Part shown: positions 12,001 through 18,639 of the stretch, piece after piece | How the letters are laid out: every line of letters starts with the position of its first letter | Numbering within the stretch: the stretch's first letter is position 1 | DNA from: a virus | Direction: 5' to 3' (one strand) | DNA: 57,325 nt | IMG/VR virus record: IMGVR_UViG_3300031867_000069 | Made by a program: the position numbers and the translations under genes | The notes under the pieces: model-generated | The model's database searches: none | What the model was told of the DNA's origin: nothing | What the model saw: only the letters and a program-made list of their open reading frames with translations

Positions 12001-13452
12001 AAATCATCATTACTGGCGAAGGCGATGGATCCTAACGACACAACGGTTGGATATTTAAAAACTACCGAAACTTTAGAAATGACTACAAGTGACGTATATT
12101 TGAAAGATTTTCTAAATAAAAAAAATAACACCGAAAAAATAATTACAACTTGTGATATCAATTTGGAACCATTAACTAGTGGCTTTTTAGTATGGCACAT
12201 ACAATGGAATCCGAAATATCCTAACGATGAACATGAAATAATACCGGATCAATATAAAAATGACTACATTGTTATTGATTTGACAACTCCTGCTGGCGGT
12301 GGCAGCCGATATACATGGAATGCTATTAAACTAACTTTTAGGCCTTATCGTAGAAACTATGTAGTTATTACTTTTGAAGAATATGGTTCTAGACAATTAT
12401 ATTGCACATATCTCGACAGCTATTCTGCTATATCTGTAACTTTAAACGGCGGATTATGGATTAACAATTCCGGAGATATAAACGGTTTTACAGAAGGAAT
12501 TCCTCCTTTTGGAATTGGCTATAAAGACAGTGAACATCTGGAAATGGACTATAACGAAATATCTGCCAAGTCCGATAATGTTACACCAAGCCATTTATAT
12601 TTTAACATGGAAGGCGGAGGTGTAAGTGTTAACAATAACTGCGACAGAGCTGTCATGTTTAAAGATGGTGCTATATATGCCAAAAATAAATCGTTTAATG
12701 ACGGTGAGTGGATAGGAATAGTTGACGGTTTAAACGAAGCTGGCGATACGACTTTTGGTTATGGCGGATATTTAAATAATATAGGTTCCACCAATATTTA
12801 CGGAAAAGATATTAACCTTACATCAAAGGGCGATGTCGTAGCTAATACAAGTTTTATAGTTCCGAATGGTAGTAGTTTCCAAGGTAAAAACACATCGGGT
12901 CAATTACGTAATAATTTCCAACCATGCAATACTAATAACAGTTGTGTTATAGGTTATGGCAGCTATACGGCAAAAGAAGGAAACACTGGCTTATATGGTA
13001 ACAGTGTTGGCATTACTTCGCAATCCGATATTAGTATTGCCTATTCCGGTAACTTGAGAATAAACGGAACTCAATATGACTCTGGATGGATAACACCAAC
13101 ACTTGTATCAACCATGACTAATTATGGCTCGGACTCTACAAACGCAGTCAAGTATAGAAAAATAGGTAGCGTGGTTGATATTGCCGGAACAGTAAGTCCT
13201 AAAGCAACTACCACATTAGCAAATGGAGGAGCTGTAACTCTGTTCACGTTACCAGAAGCATATCGACCATCTTATACTAGATCTTTCTTATGCCAAGGTT
13301 CAGCTCGTTGCATATTTATGCTTCAGATAGAAAGTAACGGAGCAGTAACCATAAGTAGATATAGAAATAGCACAAGTACAACTGACGCTTATCCAACAAG
13401 TGTTTCTACCAATTCATGGCTTGCTATATCTGCAACTTTCTTTGTTGATTAA
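9058..13452 (+). CDS. Receptor-binding / host-specificity tail protein (1464 aa)
   Basis: SD AAGGAGG lies 9 nt before ATG 9058. The N-terminus (ATITISRIVDIQSVTRYYLLQSS..PSKPTTNPPGGNWVTVEP) is typical of Bacillota phage tail-tip proteins. It is the last large gene before the holin. Confidence 0.65.
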   Translation: MAVKAKATITISRIVDIQSVTRYYLLQSSTASTPSKPTTNPPGGNWVTVEPAFQNGSTNTLYSVELTVFSDDSFDYSDVSKSTSYEAAKEAWNKANNAQNTANSANAKISNLNIGGRNLIKHGQGDKQKGFFKSFSINGDGYLEASMTSKNTNATIKLDEAFVIKPRDYPVGETYIWSYDIMYTKWDFPEGSTCNALWMGQRYTNAPSGQTSTGQWTRITAHDLPKVGSNGCELNKWYHVEQLITIPVQASDNVGVGSQFEFYNQSTTVAASISMRFKNVKLEHGNIATDWTPAPEDLDELVTKLDVMKIGGENLLSNSKELPTDIYNIGGGSIDISTYKGFKVSTGVCNKDTRFTDILSYNGKISPKADTYYTLSFYAKASKNGFIMKSFFYPDCTVMINAPDGNSSGKFSNSGDGMSDNILTTEWKRYWVRWKTTSSVSGVKNILICRLQADVNHSTNDGVQVWVCAPRLEENTFNTNWAPNLMDIESEVTEQGAVMHVMKDSIELKADKTEVTKLGDDVKNLTSTTNSQFKQMSDSLTATVSSVNQIKSNYKLGVYHRANGDSTKNGCISFARITIKNAWCGTPISFGIISTTKQYYNINVRFKHANTTDPDLDYISCDGNVDVYAHKVGTSTWDILCSKDDGGKSDFVLVSDYIFNSSNTELLSNDTAQTKSIGVKWIDQHYDTPTEAQLNSKEYIKAEQLAGKMTKETITSEVKQTAEGLTVKLNKSYHDTSNYSQLNINTASSWNFNYDNTADGRWYTPKTMARDIPISDFYECLGGEKFKIEFEISTSVKGSSTYGGTDQVFVGTTVEIFGLDDTNKYNSYLAPTPIVSGQSTRIMGTDAATPVKVAGSITIPTKCRRFRVFIQTDGWGNWAGTLKIRNIVVSKINAVSDAASTAQSTANTARTEAANAAKTATNYLGFSSAGLTVGDLSKDTLGNNVNINSSSVDIRNGQKVLASYGSDTILYNNGLEVFSIKKSSLLAKAMDPNDTTVGYLKTTETLEMTTSDVYLKDFLNKKNNTEKIITTCDINLEPLTSGFLVWHIQWNPKYPNDEHEIIPDQYKNDYIVIDLTTPAGGGSRYTWNAIKLTFRPYRRNYVVITFEEYGSRQLYCTYLDSYSAISVTLNGGLWINNSGDINGFTEGIPPFGIGYKDSEHLEMDYNEISAKSDNVTPSHLYFNMEGGGVSVNNNCDRAVMFKDGAIYAKNKSFNDGEWIGIVDGLNEAGDTTFGYGGYLNNIGSTNIYGKDINLTSKGDVVANTSFIVPNGSSFQGKNTSGQLRNNFQPCNTNNSCVIGYGSYTAKEGNTGLYGNSVGITSQSDISIAYSGNLRINGTQYDSGWITPTLVSTMTNYGSDSTNAVKYRKIGSVVDIAGTVSPKATTTLANGGAVTLFTLPEAYRPSYTRSFLCQGSARCIFMLQIESNGAVTISRYRNSTSTTDAYPTSVSTNSWLAISATFFVD

Positions 13453-13468
13453 AAGGAGATGTTTATTT

Positions 13469-13690
13469 ATGAAAATGAATAATAAAGTTTATGATATTCT
13501 TAAATGGATTGCACAATATCTATTACCAGCTATTGGTACTTTATATTTTGCATTGGCAGGTATTTGGGGCCTTTCATACGGCGAACAGATCGTAGGTTCC
13601 ATTACCGCCATTGACACTTTCTTGGGCGTTATTCTAGGTTTAAGTTCAAGGAAGTATAACAAAACTGATAATTCATCAAAGGATATTTAG
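13469..13690 (+). CDS. Holin (phiLC3/LL-H-like, 73 aa)
   Basis: SD AAAAGGAG lies before ATG 13469. The sequence YDILKWIAQYLLPAIGTLYFALAGIWGL...ITAIDTFLGVILG gives two hydrophobic helices. It is the last gene before a strong terminator. Confidence 0.7.
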   Translation: MKMNNKVYDILKWIAQYLLPAIGTLYFALAGIWGLSYGEQIVGSITAIDTFLGVILGLSSRKYNKTDNSSKDI

Positions 13691-13738
13691 ATTTAAAATC
13701 TAAAAAATCCCCGGAGTGAAATTTCGGAAAACCATTTT

Positions 13739-13780
13739 AAGAGGAGGTAGTCGTTTCGATTACTTCCTCTTTTATTTTTT
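13739..13780 (+). terminator. Rho-independent terminator ending the late region
   Basis: 15-bp stem (aagaggaggtagtcg / cgattacttcctctt, 2 G-U pairs), loop ttt, then a T-run. Confidence 0.8.
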
Positions 13781-13832
13781 ATACCGATTTTTATATCACG
13801 TTCTATTCTTGTTGATCTTTTATTAAATGATA

Positions 13833-13861
13833 TTCGCTAAAAAAACATGCCTCTTTATGAA
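13833..13861 (+). promoter_or_regulatory. Conserved promoter-like motif TTCGCT-N17-TATGAA
   Basis: Member of the 18-copy family. Intergenic, upstream of the SD and ATG 13880. Confidence 0.55.
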
Positions 13862-13879
13862 AAGAGAGGAGTGACATTT

Positions 13880-14020
13880 ATGTTTAATAAAATAAGATAT
13901 GCCTATCATTTAACAGCTTGTAAGAAAATTATGAAAAAATATAAGTATACTTATGAGCTGAATAAACGATTTATTTGGCATAGGAGACGGTTGAACAAAT
14001 TGATGCTTAATCTGAAATAA
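13880..14020 (+). CDS. Small basic protein (46 aa), below the ORF-track cutoff
   Basis: SD GAGAGGAG precedes the ATG. Product MFNKIRYAYHLTACKKIMKKYKYTYELNKRFIWHRRRLNKLMLNLK. Bounded by the motif upstream and a terminator downstream. Confidence 0.5.
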   Translation: MFNKIRYAYHLTACKKIMKKYKYTYELNKRFIWHRRRLNKLMLNLK

Positions 14021-14027
14021 AAAGATC

Positions 14028-14060
14028 GAGCTCTTTAACAAGGGCTCTTTCTTTTTTTTT
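14028..14060 (+). terminator. Cassette terminator (GAGCTCTT-TAAC-AAGGGCTC + T-run)
   Basis: 8-bp stem with one G-U pair, then T-run tttcttttttttt. Confidence 0.75.
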
Positions 14061-14129
14061 GTCGCATATTTTACAACTTATATGCTTCACAAGGAGAGGG
14101 AACACATACTGCACGCTCTTTTCTTTTTG

Positions 14130-14158
14130 TTCGCGTATTTTACAACTTATATTATGAA
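14130..14158 (+). promoter_or_regulatory. Promoter-like motif TTCGCG-N17-TATGAA
   Basis: ttcgcgtattttacaacttatattatgaa. Intergenic, upstream of gene 14198. Confidence 0.6.
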
Positions 14159-14197
14159 AAGAATCATTTTTTCAATATTTTAAAGGAGGTTTCTATT

Positions 14198-14395
14198 ATG
14201 AAAAAATACTTTAAAGATTATAAGGCTTTATGCAAACATTGCGGAAAATTTTATAAAGATCATTGGTTCGGAAGCTTAATGTTTACAACCATTGGTTTTG
14301 GATTATTAATCGCGCCGATTGCTATTAAGTCCATTAAAGATCACAAAGAATTTGAAAAAAAGAATCTTATAGTAAATGACGAAAAAGATGATTAA
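14198..14395 (+). CDS. Small membrane protein (65 aa)
   Basis: SD AAAGGAGG. Transmembrane (TM) segment WFGSLMFTTIGFGLLIAPIAI. Confidence 0.65.
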   Translation: MKKYFKDYKALCKHCGKFYKDHWFGSLMFTTIGFGLLIAPIAIKSIKDHKEFEKKNLIVNDEKDD

Positions 14396-14406
14396 TTCAA
14401 AAGATC

Positions 14407-14435
14407 GAGCTCTTTAACAAGGGCTCTTTCTTTTT
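14407..14435 (+). terminator. Cassette terminator (same sequence as 14028)
   Basis: gagctctt taac aagggctc tttcttttt. Confidence 0.75.
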
Positions 14436-14464
14436 GTCGCGTAAATTACAACTTATATTATGAA
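14436..14464 (+). promoter_or_regulatory. Promoter-like motif GTCGCG-N17-TATGAA
   Basis: gtcgcgtaaattacaacttatattatgaa, directly abutting the terminator. Confidence 0.6.
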
Positions 14465-14504
14465 AAGAATCATTTTTAAATAACTTTTAATGGAGGTATC
14501 TATA

Positions 14505-14729
14505 ATGAGTGAATTATTTTATAACTTTTGTAACTGGATTACTAAAATGATTACCGATATTCATAACACCAAAGACATGAATTTGTACGACCTTATTTAC
14601 TATTGTAATGTAGAAAATCAGGTCGAACATACAACAACTTTGGTACTATTGGTAATATTAGGAATCGTTGCTATTACAATAACATTCATCATGGTACATA
14701 AACTAATTGATGATTTTTCAAAAGATTGA
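14505..14729 (+). CDS. Small membrane protein (74 aa)
   Basis: SD TGGAGG lies before ATG 14505 (track ATG 14490 is inside the SD). TM segment LVLLVILGIVAITITFIMV. Confidence 0.6.
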   Translation: MSELFYNFCNWITKMITDIHNTKDMNLYDLIYYCNVENQVEHTTTLVLLVILGIVAITITFIMVHKLIDDFSKD

Positions 14730-14755
14730 GGCCTTAAACAAGGTCTCTTTCTTTT
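14728..14755 (+). terminator. Cassette terminator (GAGGCCTT-AAAC-AAGGTCTC)
   Basis: 8-bp stem with compensatory changes relative to 14028, then a T-run. It overlaps the stop codon. Confidence 0.75.
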
Positions 14756-14762
14756 GCTTTTG

Positions 14763-14791
14763 TACGCTTTAAAAACATATAATATTATGAA
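14763..14791 (+). promoter_or_regulatory. Promoter-like motif TACGCT-N17-TATGAA
   Basis: The TATGAA abuts SD AGGAGG. Confidence 0.5.
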
Positions 14792-14808
14792 AGGAGGCGA
14801 TTATATTT

Positions 14809-15099
14809 ATGAACATTGATTGGAATAAAAATATCGTTTTTAACCATGCAATAGCACTAGATAATGGAGTTGATGATATAAATCACAAACTTCTAACCTT
14901 TATAGATGATGTTATATGCTGGGGTAAAGCTTATAAATTAAAATTAATTGATTTTGAAGCGAGCTCACAGTATATAAATTTCGAATGGGAAGGAAAAAAA
15001 GAAGATGTATTTTTATTCTTCCGCCATTATAGTGTTAACTTAATAGGAAAAAATGATGATGAAACAATTAACACATTAAAATTAATAATAGCCAAATAA
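14809..15099 (+). CDS. Hypothetical protein (96 aa)
   Basis: SD AAAGGAGG. A terminator follows. Confidence 0.65.
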   Translation: MNIDWNKNIVFNHAIALDNGVDDINHKLLTFIDDVICWGKAYKLKLIDFEASSQYINFEWEGKKEDVFLFFRHYSVNLIGKNDDETINTLKLIIAK

Positions 15100-15104
15100 T
15101 GATT

Positions 15105-15133
15105 GAGGCCTTAAACAAGGTCTCTTTCTTTTT
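15105..15133 (+). terminator. Cassette terminator (GAGGCCTT-AAAC-AAGGTCTC)
   Basis: Same hairpin as 14728, then a T-run. Confidence 0.75.
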
Positions 15134-15160
15134 CGTTTATTTTACACGGTATATTATGAA
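15132..15160 (+). promoter_or_regulatory. Promoter-like motif TTCGTT-N17-TATGAA
   Basis: ttcgtttattttacacggtatattatgaa, abutting SD AGGAG. Confidence 0.5.
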
Positions 15161-15177
15161 AGGAGATGAATTATAAT

Positions 15178-15333
15178 ATGATTACTTTTACTATATTATT
15201 AATAGCACTATTAATAATCATTACAACTATAATAGTATTATTCTCATCAGGAACAATATTATTCATGTTTGTATTTTGCGATATAATAGTAGCAATAATA
15301 ATAATTGTTTTCATATGTAAAAAATTGTTCTAA
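15178..15333 (+). CDS. Very hydrophobic small membrane peptide (51 aa), below the ORF-track cutoff
   Basis: Product MITFTILLIALLIIITTIIVLFSSGTILFMFVFCDIIVAIIIIVFICKKLF. SD AAAGGAG. Confidence 0.55.
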   Translation: MITFTILLIALLIIITTIIVLFSSGTILFMFVFCDIIVAIIIIVFICKKLF

Positions 15334-15354
15334 AAGAAAAACAAATAAGAATTT

Positions 15355-15383
15355 GAGCTCTTTGACAAGGGCTCTTTCTTTTT
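15355..15383 (+). terminator. Cassette terminator (GAGCTCTT-TGAC-AAGGGCTC)
   Basis: Near-identical to 14028 and 14407. Confidence 0.75.
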
Positions 15384-15412
15384 GTCGCGTAAATTACAAC
15401 TTATATTATGAA
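15384..15412 (+). promoter_or_regulatory. Promoter-like motif GTCGCG-N17-TATGAA
   Basis: Identical to the 14436 copy. Confidence 0.6.
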
Positions 15413-15456
15413 GACTTTTGTTCTTAATACATAAAAAATAAAGGAGGATGAGATCA

Positions 15457-15705
15457 ATGAAATTATTCAACGATGCTCACGTATTTAACTTGGACGAGAA
15501 GAACGTATTACAGGTAGTTGACATTATCAACGATTCGTCAATGGATGAACTATATAATTTATCCATAAAACGATTAAATGATTCATCAACATACATGATT
15601 AAGTTCTTTACAAAAAAAGAAATATGGGATGACATATTAGCTGAATTAAACAATAATGGTTTTGAAATGATCATCAAACCGAATAACATTATGTGGTTAA
15701 GATAG
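15457..15705 (+). CDS. Hypothetical protein (82 aa)
   Basis: SD AAAGGAGG lies 9 nt before ATG 15457 (track ATG 15448 abuts the SD). Confidence 0.6.
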   Translation: MKLFNDAHVFNLDEKNVLQVVDIINDSSMDELYNLSIKRLNDSSTYMIKFFTKKEIWDDILAELNNNGFEMIIKPNNIMWLR

Positions 15706-15724
15706 GAGGATTAATAATTAGACT

Positions 15725-15752
15725 GAGACCTTAAACAAGGTCTCTTTCTTTT
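15725..15752 (+). terminator. Cassette terminator (GAGACCTT-AAAC-AAGGTCTC)
   Basis: Perfect 8-bp stem, then a T-run. Confidence 0.8.
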
Positions 15753-15779
15753 CGCTAAAATAACATGTTCCTTTATGGA
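15751..15779 (+). promoter_or_regulatory. Promoter-like motif TTCGCT-N17-TATGGA
   Basis: ttcgctaaaataacatgttcctttatgga (AACATGTTCC spacer subtype). Confidence 0.55.
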
Positions 15780-15801
15780 ATAATTAGAAAGGAGGTTTAC
15801 T

Positions 15802-15930
15802 ATGAATTTTATTAAAAATTGTTTGGTTTTAACAGCTAGCGCTGTTTCGGTAGCCATAGGCTATAAATTCGGCGAAGTTGTATGGGACCGAATTTTAAAA
15901 AATAAAATTGAAAATAAAATCAATTACTAA
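15802..15930 (+). CDS. Small membrane peptide (42 aa), below the ORF-track cutoff
   Basis: SD AAAGGAGG. Product MNFIKNCLVLTASAVSVAIGYKFGEVVWDRILKNKIENKINY. Confidence 0.55.
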   Translation: MNFIKNCLVLTASAVSVAIGYKFGEVVWDRILKNKIENKINY

Positions 15931-15943
15931 TTATTGAAACTGA

Positions 15944-15985
15944 AAGGGTTTAAGTTTAAATACTTAGACTCTTTCTTTTATTTTT
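15944..15985 (+). terminator. Rho-independent terminator
   Basis: 12-bp stem (aagggtttaagt / acttagactctt, 2 G-U pairs), then a T-run. Confidence 0.7.
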
Positions 15986-16166
15986 AATAGGCGCAATTAT
16001 AGGCACTATAATTACTACCATATTACATTTTTCACATAAAACATTTGGAGAATTGGATATCAATCACAATGGCGACGTTTGTCGATTAAAGTTAAATTCC
16101 AAAGAAATTTCGAAAAAGAATAAAAAGAAAGTTGCGCTTAAAATTATTCATATTTCGCATGAATAA
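15960..16166 (+). pseudogene. 5'-truncated remnant of a small membrane-protein gene
   Basis: The open frame (...LIGAIIGTIITTILHFSHKTFGELDINHNGDVCRLKLNSKEISKKNKKKVALKIIHISHE*) has no ATG and no SD. Its 5' end is overwritten by the terminator. Confidence 0.4.
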
Positions 16167-16182
16167 CATTTGCTATTATGGA
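16154..16182 (+). promoter_or_regulatory. Promoter-like motif TTCGCA-N17-TATGGA
   Basis: ttcgcatgaataacatttgctattatgga. It overlaps the 3' end of the remnant ORF. Confidence 0.5.
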
Positions 16183-16220
16183 ACCGAAAGGTTTTTAATA
16201 TTTTAAAGGAGGTTTTTATC

Positions 16221-16613
16221 ATGAGTATAAAGACACTATTAAACGCTGAAATTGAATCCGAGTTCAAAGAACTTGAAAAAACTCAGGTGGGCTCAGATGA
16301 GTACAAAGTATCTATCGATGGTATTAGTAAACTGATCGACAGATCTATCGAAATGTCAAAGCTCGAAGCTGATATTAAGGACAAAGAAGAGACTCGTGAA
16401 TTAGAGACTCAACTTGAACTTAAGAAACAGAAGGACGAGCATCGAAATAAAATGATAGCTAATGTCTTAACTGGTACTAGTATCATTTCTGGTATAGCTT
16501 TGACTGTTTGGGGCACTCTAAAGAGTTTGAAGTTTGAAGAAACCGGAACCATAACGACTTCGGCAGGTAGGAGTTTTATTAATGGGATTGTAAAATCTTT
16601 TACAAAACATTAA
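16221..16613 (+). CDS. Coiled-coil protein with C-terminal TM segment (130 aa)
   Basis: SD AAAGGAGG lies before ATG 16221. TM segment MIANVLTGTSIISGIALTVWGTL. Confidence 0.65.
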   Translation: MSIKTLLNAEIESEFKELEKTQVGSDEYKVSIDGISKLIDRSIEMSKLEADIKDKEETRELETQLELKKQKDEHRNKMIANVLTGTSIISGIALTVWGTLKSLKFEETGTITTSAGRSFINGIVKSFTKH

Positions 16614-16631
16614 ACAAAAAGGTTCAAGATT

Positions 16632-16665
16632 AGAGGTTATGTAAACTCATAGCCTCTTTTCTTTT
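16632..16665 (+). terminator. Rho-independent terminator
   Basis: 10-bp stem (agaggttatg / catagcctct, one G-U pair), then a T-run. Confidence 0.7.
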
Positions 16666-16695
16666 GCTAATAAACTCTTAAAGGAGACGAGACCG

Positions 16696-16827
16696 ATGAG
16701 ATCAGTAAAAAGATTTTTGAAACGTCAGTCTCCAACAGTAACAGTACGACAAATAATGTGGGCTTTAAAAATGAAGCCTATTAAAAAAGAAAAATGGGAA
16801 ACTTGTTTCGATAGGAGAGATATTTAA
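16696..16827 (+). CDS. Small basic protein (43 aa), below the ORF-track cutoff
   Basis: SD AAGGAGA. Product MRSVKRFLKRQSPTVTVRQIMWALKMKPIKKEKWETCFDRRDI. Confidence 0.45.
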   Translation: MRSVKRFLKRQSPTVTVRQIMWALKMKPIKKEKWETCFDRRDI

Positions 16828-16856
16828 TTCGCGCATTTTACAACTTGTATTATGAA
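16828..16856 (+). promoter_or_regulatory. Promoter-like motif TTCGCG-N17-TATGAA
   Basis: It starts immediately after the TAA stop. 34 nt (16825-16858) are identical to 18023-18056. Confidence 0.6.
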
Positions 16857-16892
16857 GATATTGGTTATTACCGAAAGGAGGATTGATTAGCT

Positions 16893-16958
16893 ATGCTCAT
16901 TGTTGGCCTAATATTGATAGCTATAGGATGTTTTCTAGTTGGTAAAGCATTATCTTAA
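16893..16958 (+). CDS. Tiny hydrophobic peptide (21 aa)
   Basis: SD AAAGGAGG. Product MLIVGLILIAIGCFLVGKALS. It has its own motif upstream and its own terminator. Confidence 0.4.
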   Translation: MLIVGLILIAIGCFLVGKALS

Positions 16959-16964
16959 CGAGTC

Positions 16965-16990
16965 AGGGGACCAAACCGGTCCTCTTACTT
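16965..16990 (+). terminator. Rho-independent terminator
   Basis: Stem aggggacc / ggtcctct, then a T-rich tail. Confidence 0.65.
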
Positions 16991-17019
16991 TTCGCGAATA
17001 TTGCATAGCATATTATGAA
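16991..17019 (+). promoter_or_regulatory. Promoter-like motif TTCGCG-N17-TATGAA
   Basis: ttcgcgaatattgcatagcatattatgaa, abutting SD AGGAGG. Confidence 0.6.
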
Positions 17020-17033
17020 AGGAGGAAGTTCTT

Positions 17034-17195
17034 ATGAACATTAAACTAGATGCAAGTAAACTTTTAGGTATTGGGACTATCGCTCTTGGGCTAGTATCAA
17101 CAATACTAGCCGGAGTGAAAGAAAACAACGACAAAAAAGTTTTAAAAAGCGAAATCACAGATGAAGTTCTTAAAAACTTAAAAACCAAAGAATAG
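17034..17195 (+). CDS. Small membrane protein (53 aa), below the ORF-track cutoff
   Basis: Product MNIKLDASKLLGIGTIALGLVSTILAGVKENNDKKVLKSEITDEVLKNLKTKE. Confidence 0.55.
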   Translation: MNIKLDASKLLGIGTIALGLVSTILAGVKENNDKKVLKSEITDEVLKNLKTKE

Positions 17196-17196
17196 G

Positions 17197-17225
17197 AGGG
17201 GATCAACAGATCCTCTTTTATTTTT
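17197..17225 (+). terminator. Rho-independent terminator
   Basis: Stem aggggatc / gatcctct, loop aaca, then a T-run. Confidence 0.7.
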
Positions 17226-17251
17226 GCTCATTATGAAAGGAGAAATTAAAA

Positions 17252-18025
17252 ATGAGTAAAATGAATTTATCAAGCATTGTTAAAAGCATGCGCCGTACAT
17301 TAAAAAAACACAGCCCTGAAATCCTTACTGGCATAGGTATTGCCGGTATGATTACGACCACAATATTGGCTGTTAAAGAAACGCCAAAAGCTGTTCGTTT
17401 GCTTGATGAAAGAAAAAACGAACTCGAAACTGAAAAATTGCCAGCGGTAGAAATCGTAAAAACTAGCTGGAAATGTTATATTCCAGCAGCTGTTACTTGT
17501 ACGCTATCTGCTGCTTGTTTGATTGGTGCGAGCTCCGTTAACTTAAAACGAAATGCTGCGCTAGCAACTGCTTATCAGCTTTCCGAAAAGGCTCTAACTA
17601 CTTATAAAGAAAAAGTAGTAGAAACTATCGGAGAGAAAAAAGAGCAAGTTATCAAAGATAAAGTGGCAGAGGAACATATGAAAGAAAATCCTAAGAGCCA
17701 TAACGAAGTTATTGTTACTGGCAATGGCGATGTGCTTTGCTACGATGCTTTCTCTGGACGATATTTTACATCTAGTAAAGCTAAAATTGATGATGCTGTT
17801 AATGCCATTAATAAAACAATGCTGGACGACTGGTGCGTAAGTCTGAATGACTTTTACGACGAGTTGAATCTGGATCATACTAAACTTGGCGATAGTATGG
17901 GATGGAATACTGATGGCGATTTGGTTAAAGTCTATTTTTCCAGCCAATTGACAGATGAAGGAAAGCCATGCTTGGTACTGGATTTCGATGTGGCGCCAAA
18001 CTATAACTATTACAGAATGAACTAA
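17252..18025 (+). CDS. Membrane-anchored protein, paralog of 19505..20446 (257 aa)
   Basis: The N-terminus LKKHSPEILTGIGIAGMITTTILAVKETPKA is shared with 19505 (LKKHSPEILVISGVVGTVAAGVMACKATTKA). SD AAAGGAG. Confidence 0.7.
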   Translation: MSKMNLSSIVKSMRRTLKKHSPEILTGIGIAGMITTTILAVKETPKAVRLLDERKNELETEKLPAVEIVKTSWKCYIPAAVTCTLSAACLIGASSVNLKRNAALATAYQLSEKALTTYKEKVVETIGEKKEQVIKDKVAEEHMKENPKSHNEVIVTGNGDVLCYDAFSGRYFTSSKAKIDDAVNAINKTMLDDWCVSLNDFYDELNLDHTKLGDSMGWNTDGDLVKVYFSSQLTDEGKPCLVLDFDVAPNYNYYRMN

Positions 18026-18054
18026 TTCGCGCATTTTACAACTTGTATTATGAA
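18026..18054 (+). promoter_or_regulatory. Promoter-like motif TTCGCG-N17-TATGAA
   Basis: Identical to the 16828 copy. The track ORF start 18050 is the ATG inside the motif. Confidence 0.6.
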
Positions 18055-18097
18055 GAACATTAATTGTTCGAAAATTATATTTACTGGAGGTACAAAA

Positions 18098-18352
18098 ATG
18101 GAAGAAGAAAAAATTGTTGAGATTGTAGACGAGGAAGAAACAGTGAAAACTGAAAATGATTCTAAGGCTTTGGTCACTAAGGCTAAAGACAAGTTTGTCA
18201 AGTACGGAAAGAAAGCTGGCGTTATCGCAGCTGGAATCGGTATTGGCGTTCTTGGATTTATTCTTGGATCAAAAACTAAAGATAATTCGGATGACTGTTA
18301 TGTCGAAACTACAGTCGCAGATGATTCTACCGAACACGATTCAGAAGAATAA
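18098..18352 (+). CDS. Small acidic membrane protein (84 aa)
   Basis: SD TGGAGG lies before ATG 18098. TM segment AGVIAAGIGIGVLGFILGS. Confidence 0.6.
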   Translation: MEEEKIVEIVDEEETVKTENDSKALVTKAKDKFVKYGKKAGVIAAGIGIGVLGFILGSKTKDNSDDCYVETTVADDSTEHDSEE

Positions 18353-18372
18353 TCGAAACAAATGTTCAAGGA

Positions 18373-18412
18373 GGGGGAATACCTGTAACAAGGTATTCTC
18401 TCTTTTGTTTTT
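18373..18412 (+). terminator. Rho-independent terminator ending the cassette array
   Basis: 12-bp stem (gggggaatacct / aggtattctctc, 2 G-U pairs), then ttttgttttt. Confidence 0.75.
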
Positions 18413-18426
18413 GACAGGAGATGAAA

Positions 18427-18627
18427 ATGGATAATCATGTGTATCATTATGAAGGACCTGTAATGCGTTATGGAACTTGCCTTTCTTCTAGGTGGTCGGC
18501 AAATACTATTGCTCCATCTAAAGCAAAAGCTAGGTCTAATTTTATGTATCAATATAAATCCTTAATTAATCTGTCTCCGACTGCAAAAATATATTTGCCT
18601 GGTGAGGTTGTATTAGTTAAAGATTAG
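18427..18627 (+). CDS. Hypothetical protein (66 aa)
   Basis: SD AGGAG lies 6 nt before ATG 18427 (track ATG 18421 abuts the SD). Confidence 0.55.
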   Translation: MDNHVYHYEGPVMRYGTCLSSRWSANTIAPSKAKARSNFMYQYKSLINLSPTAKIYLPGEVVLVKD

Positions 18628-18639
18628 GAGTGACAAAAA

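Noticed and set aside
13739-18412. The regularly spaced, repeated ~30-nt terminator hairpins and ~29-nt motifs could be mistaken for a CRISPR array.
   Set aside because: The spacing is irregular (150-900 bp). The 'spacers' contain SD-led ORFs. The repeats are terminator hairpins with T-runs plus promoter-like motifs. No cas genes are present.
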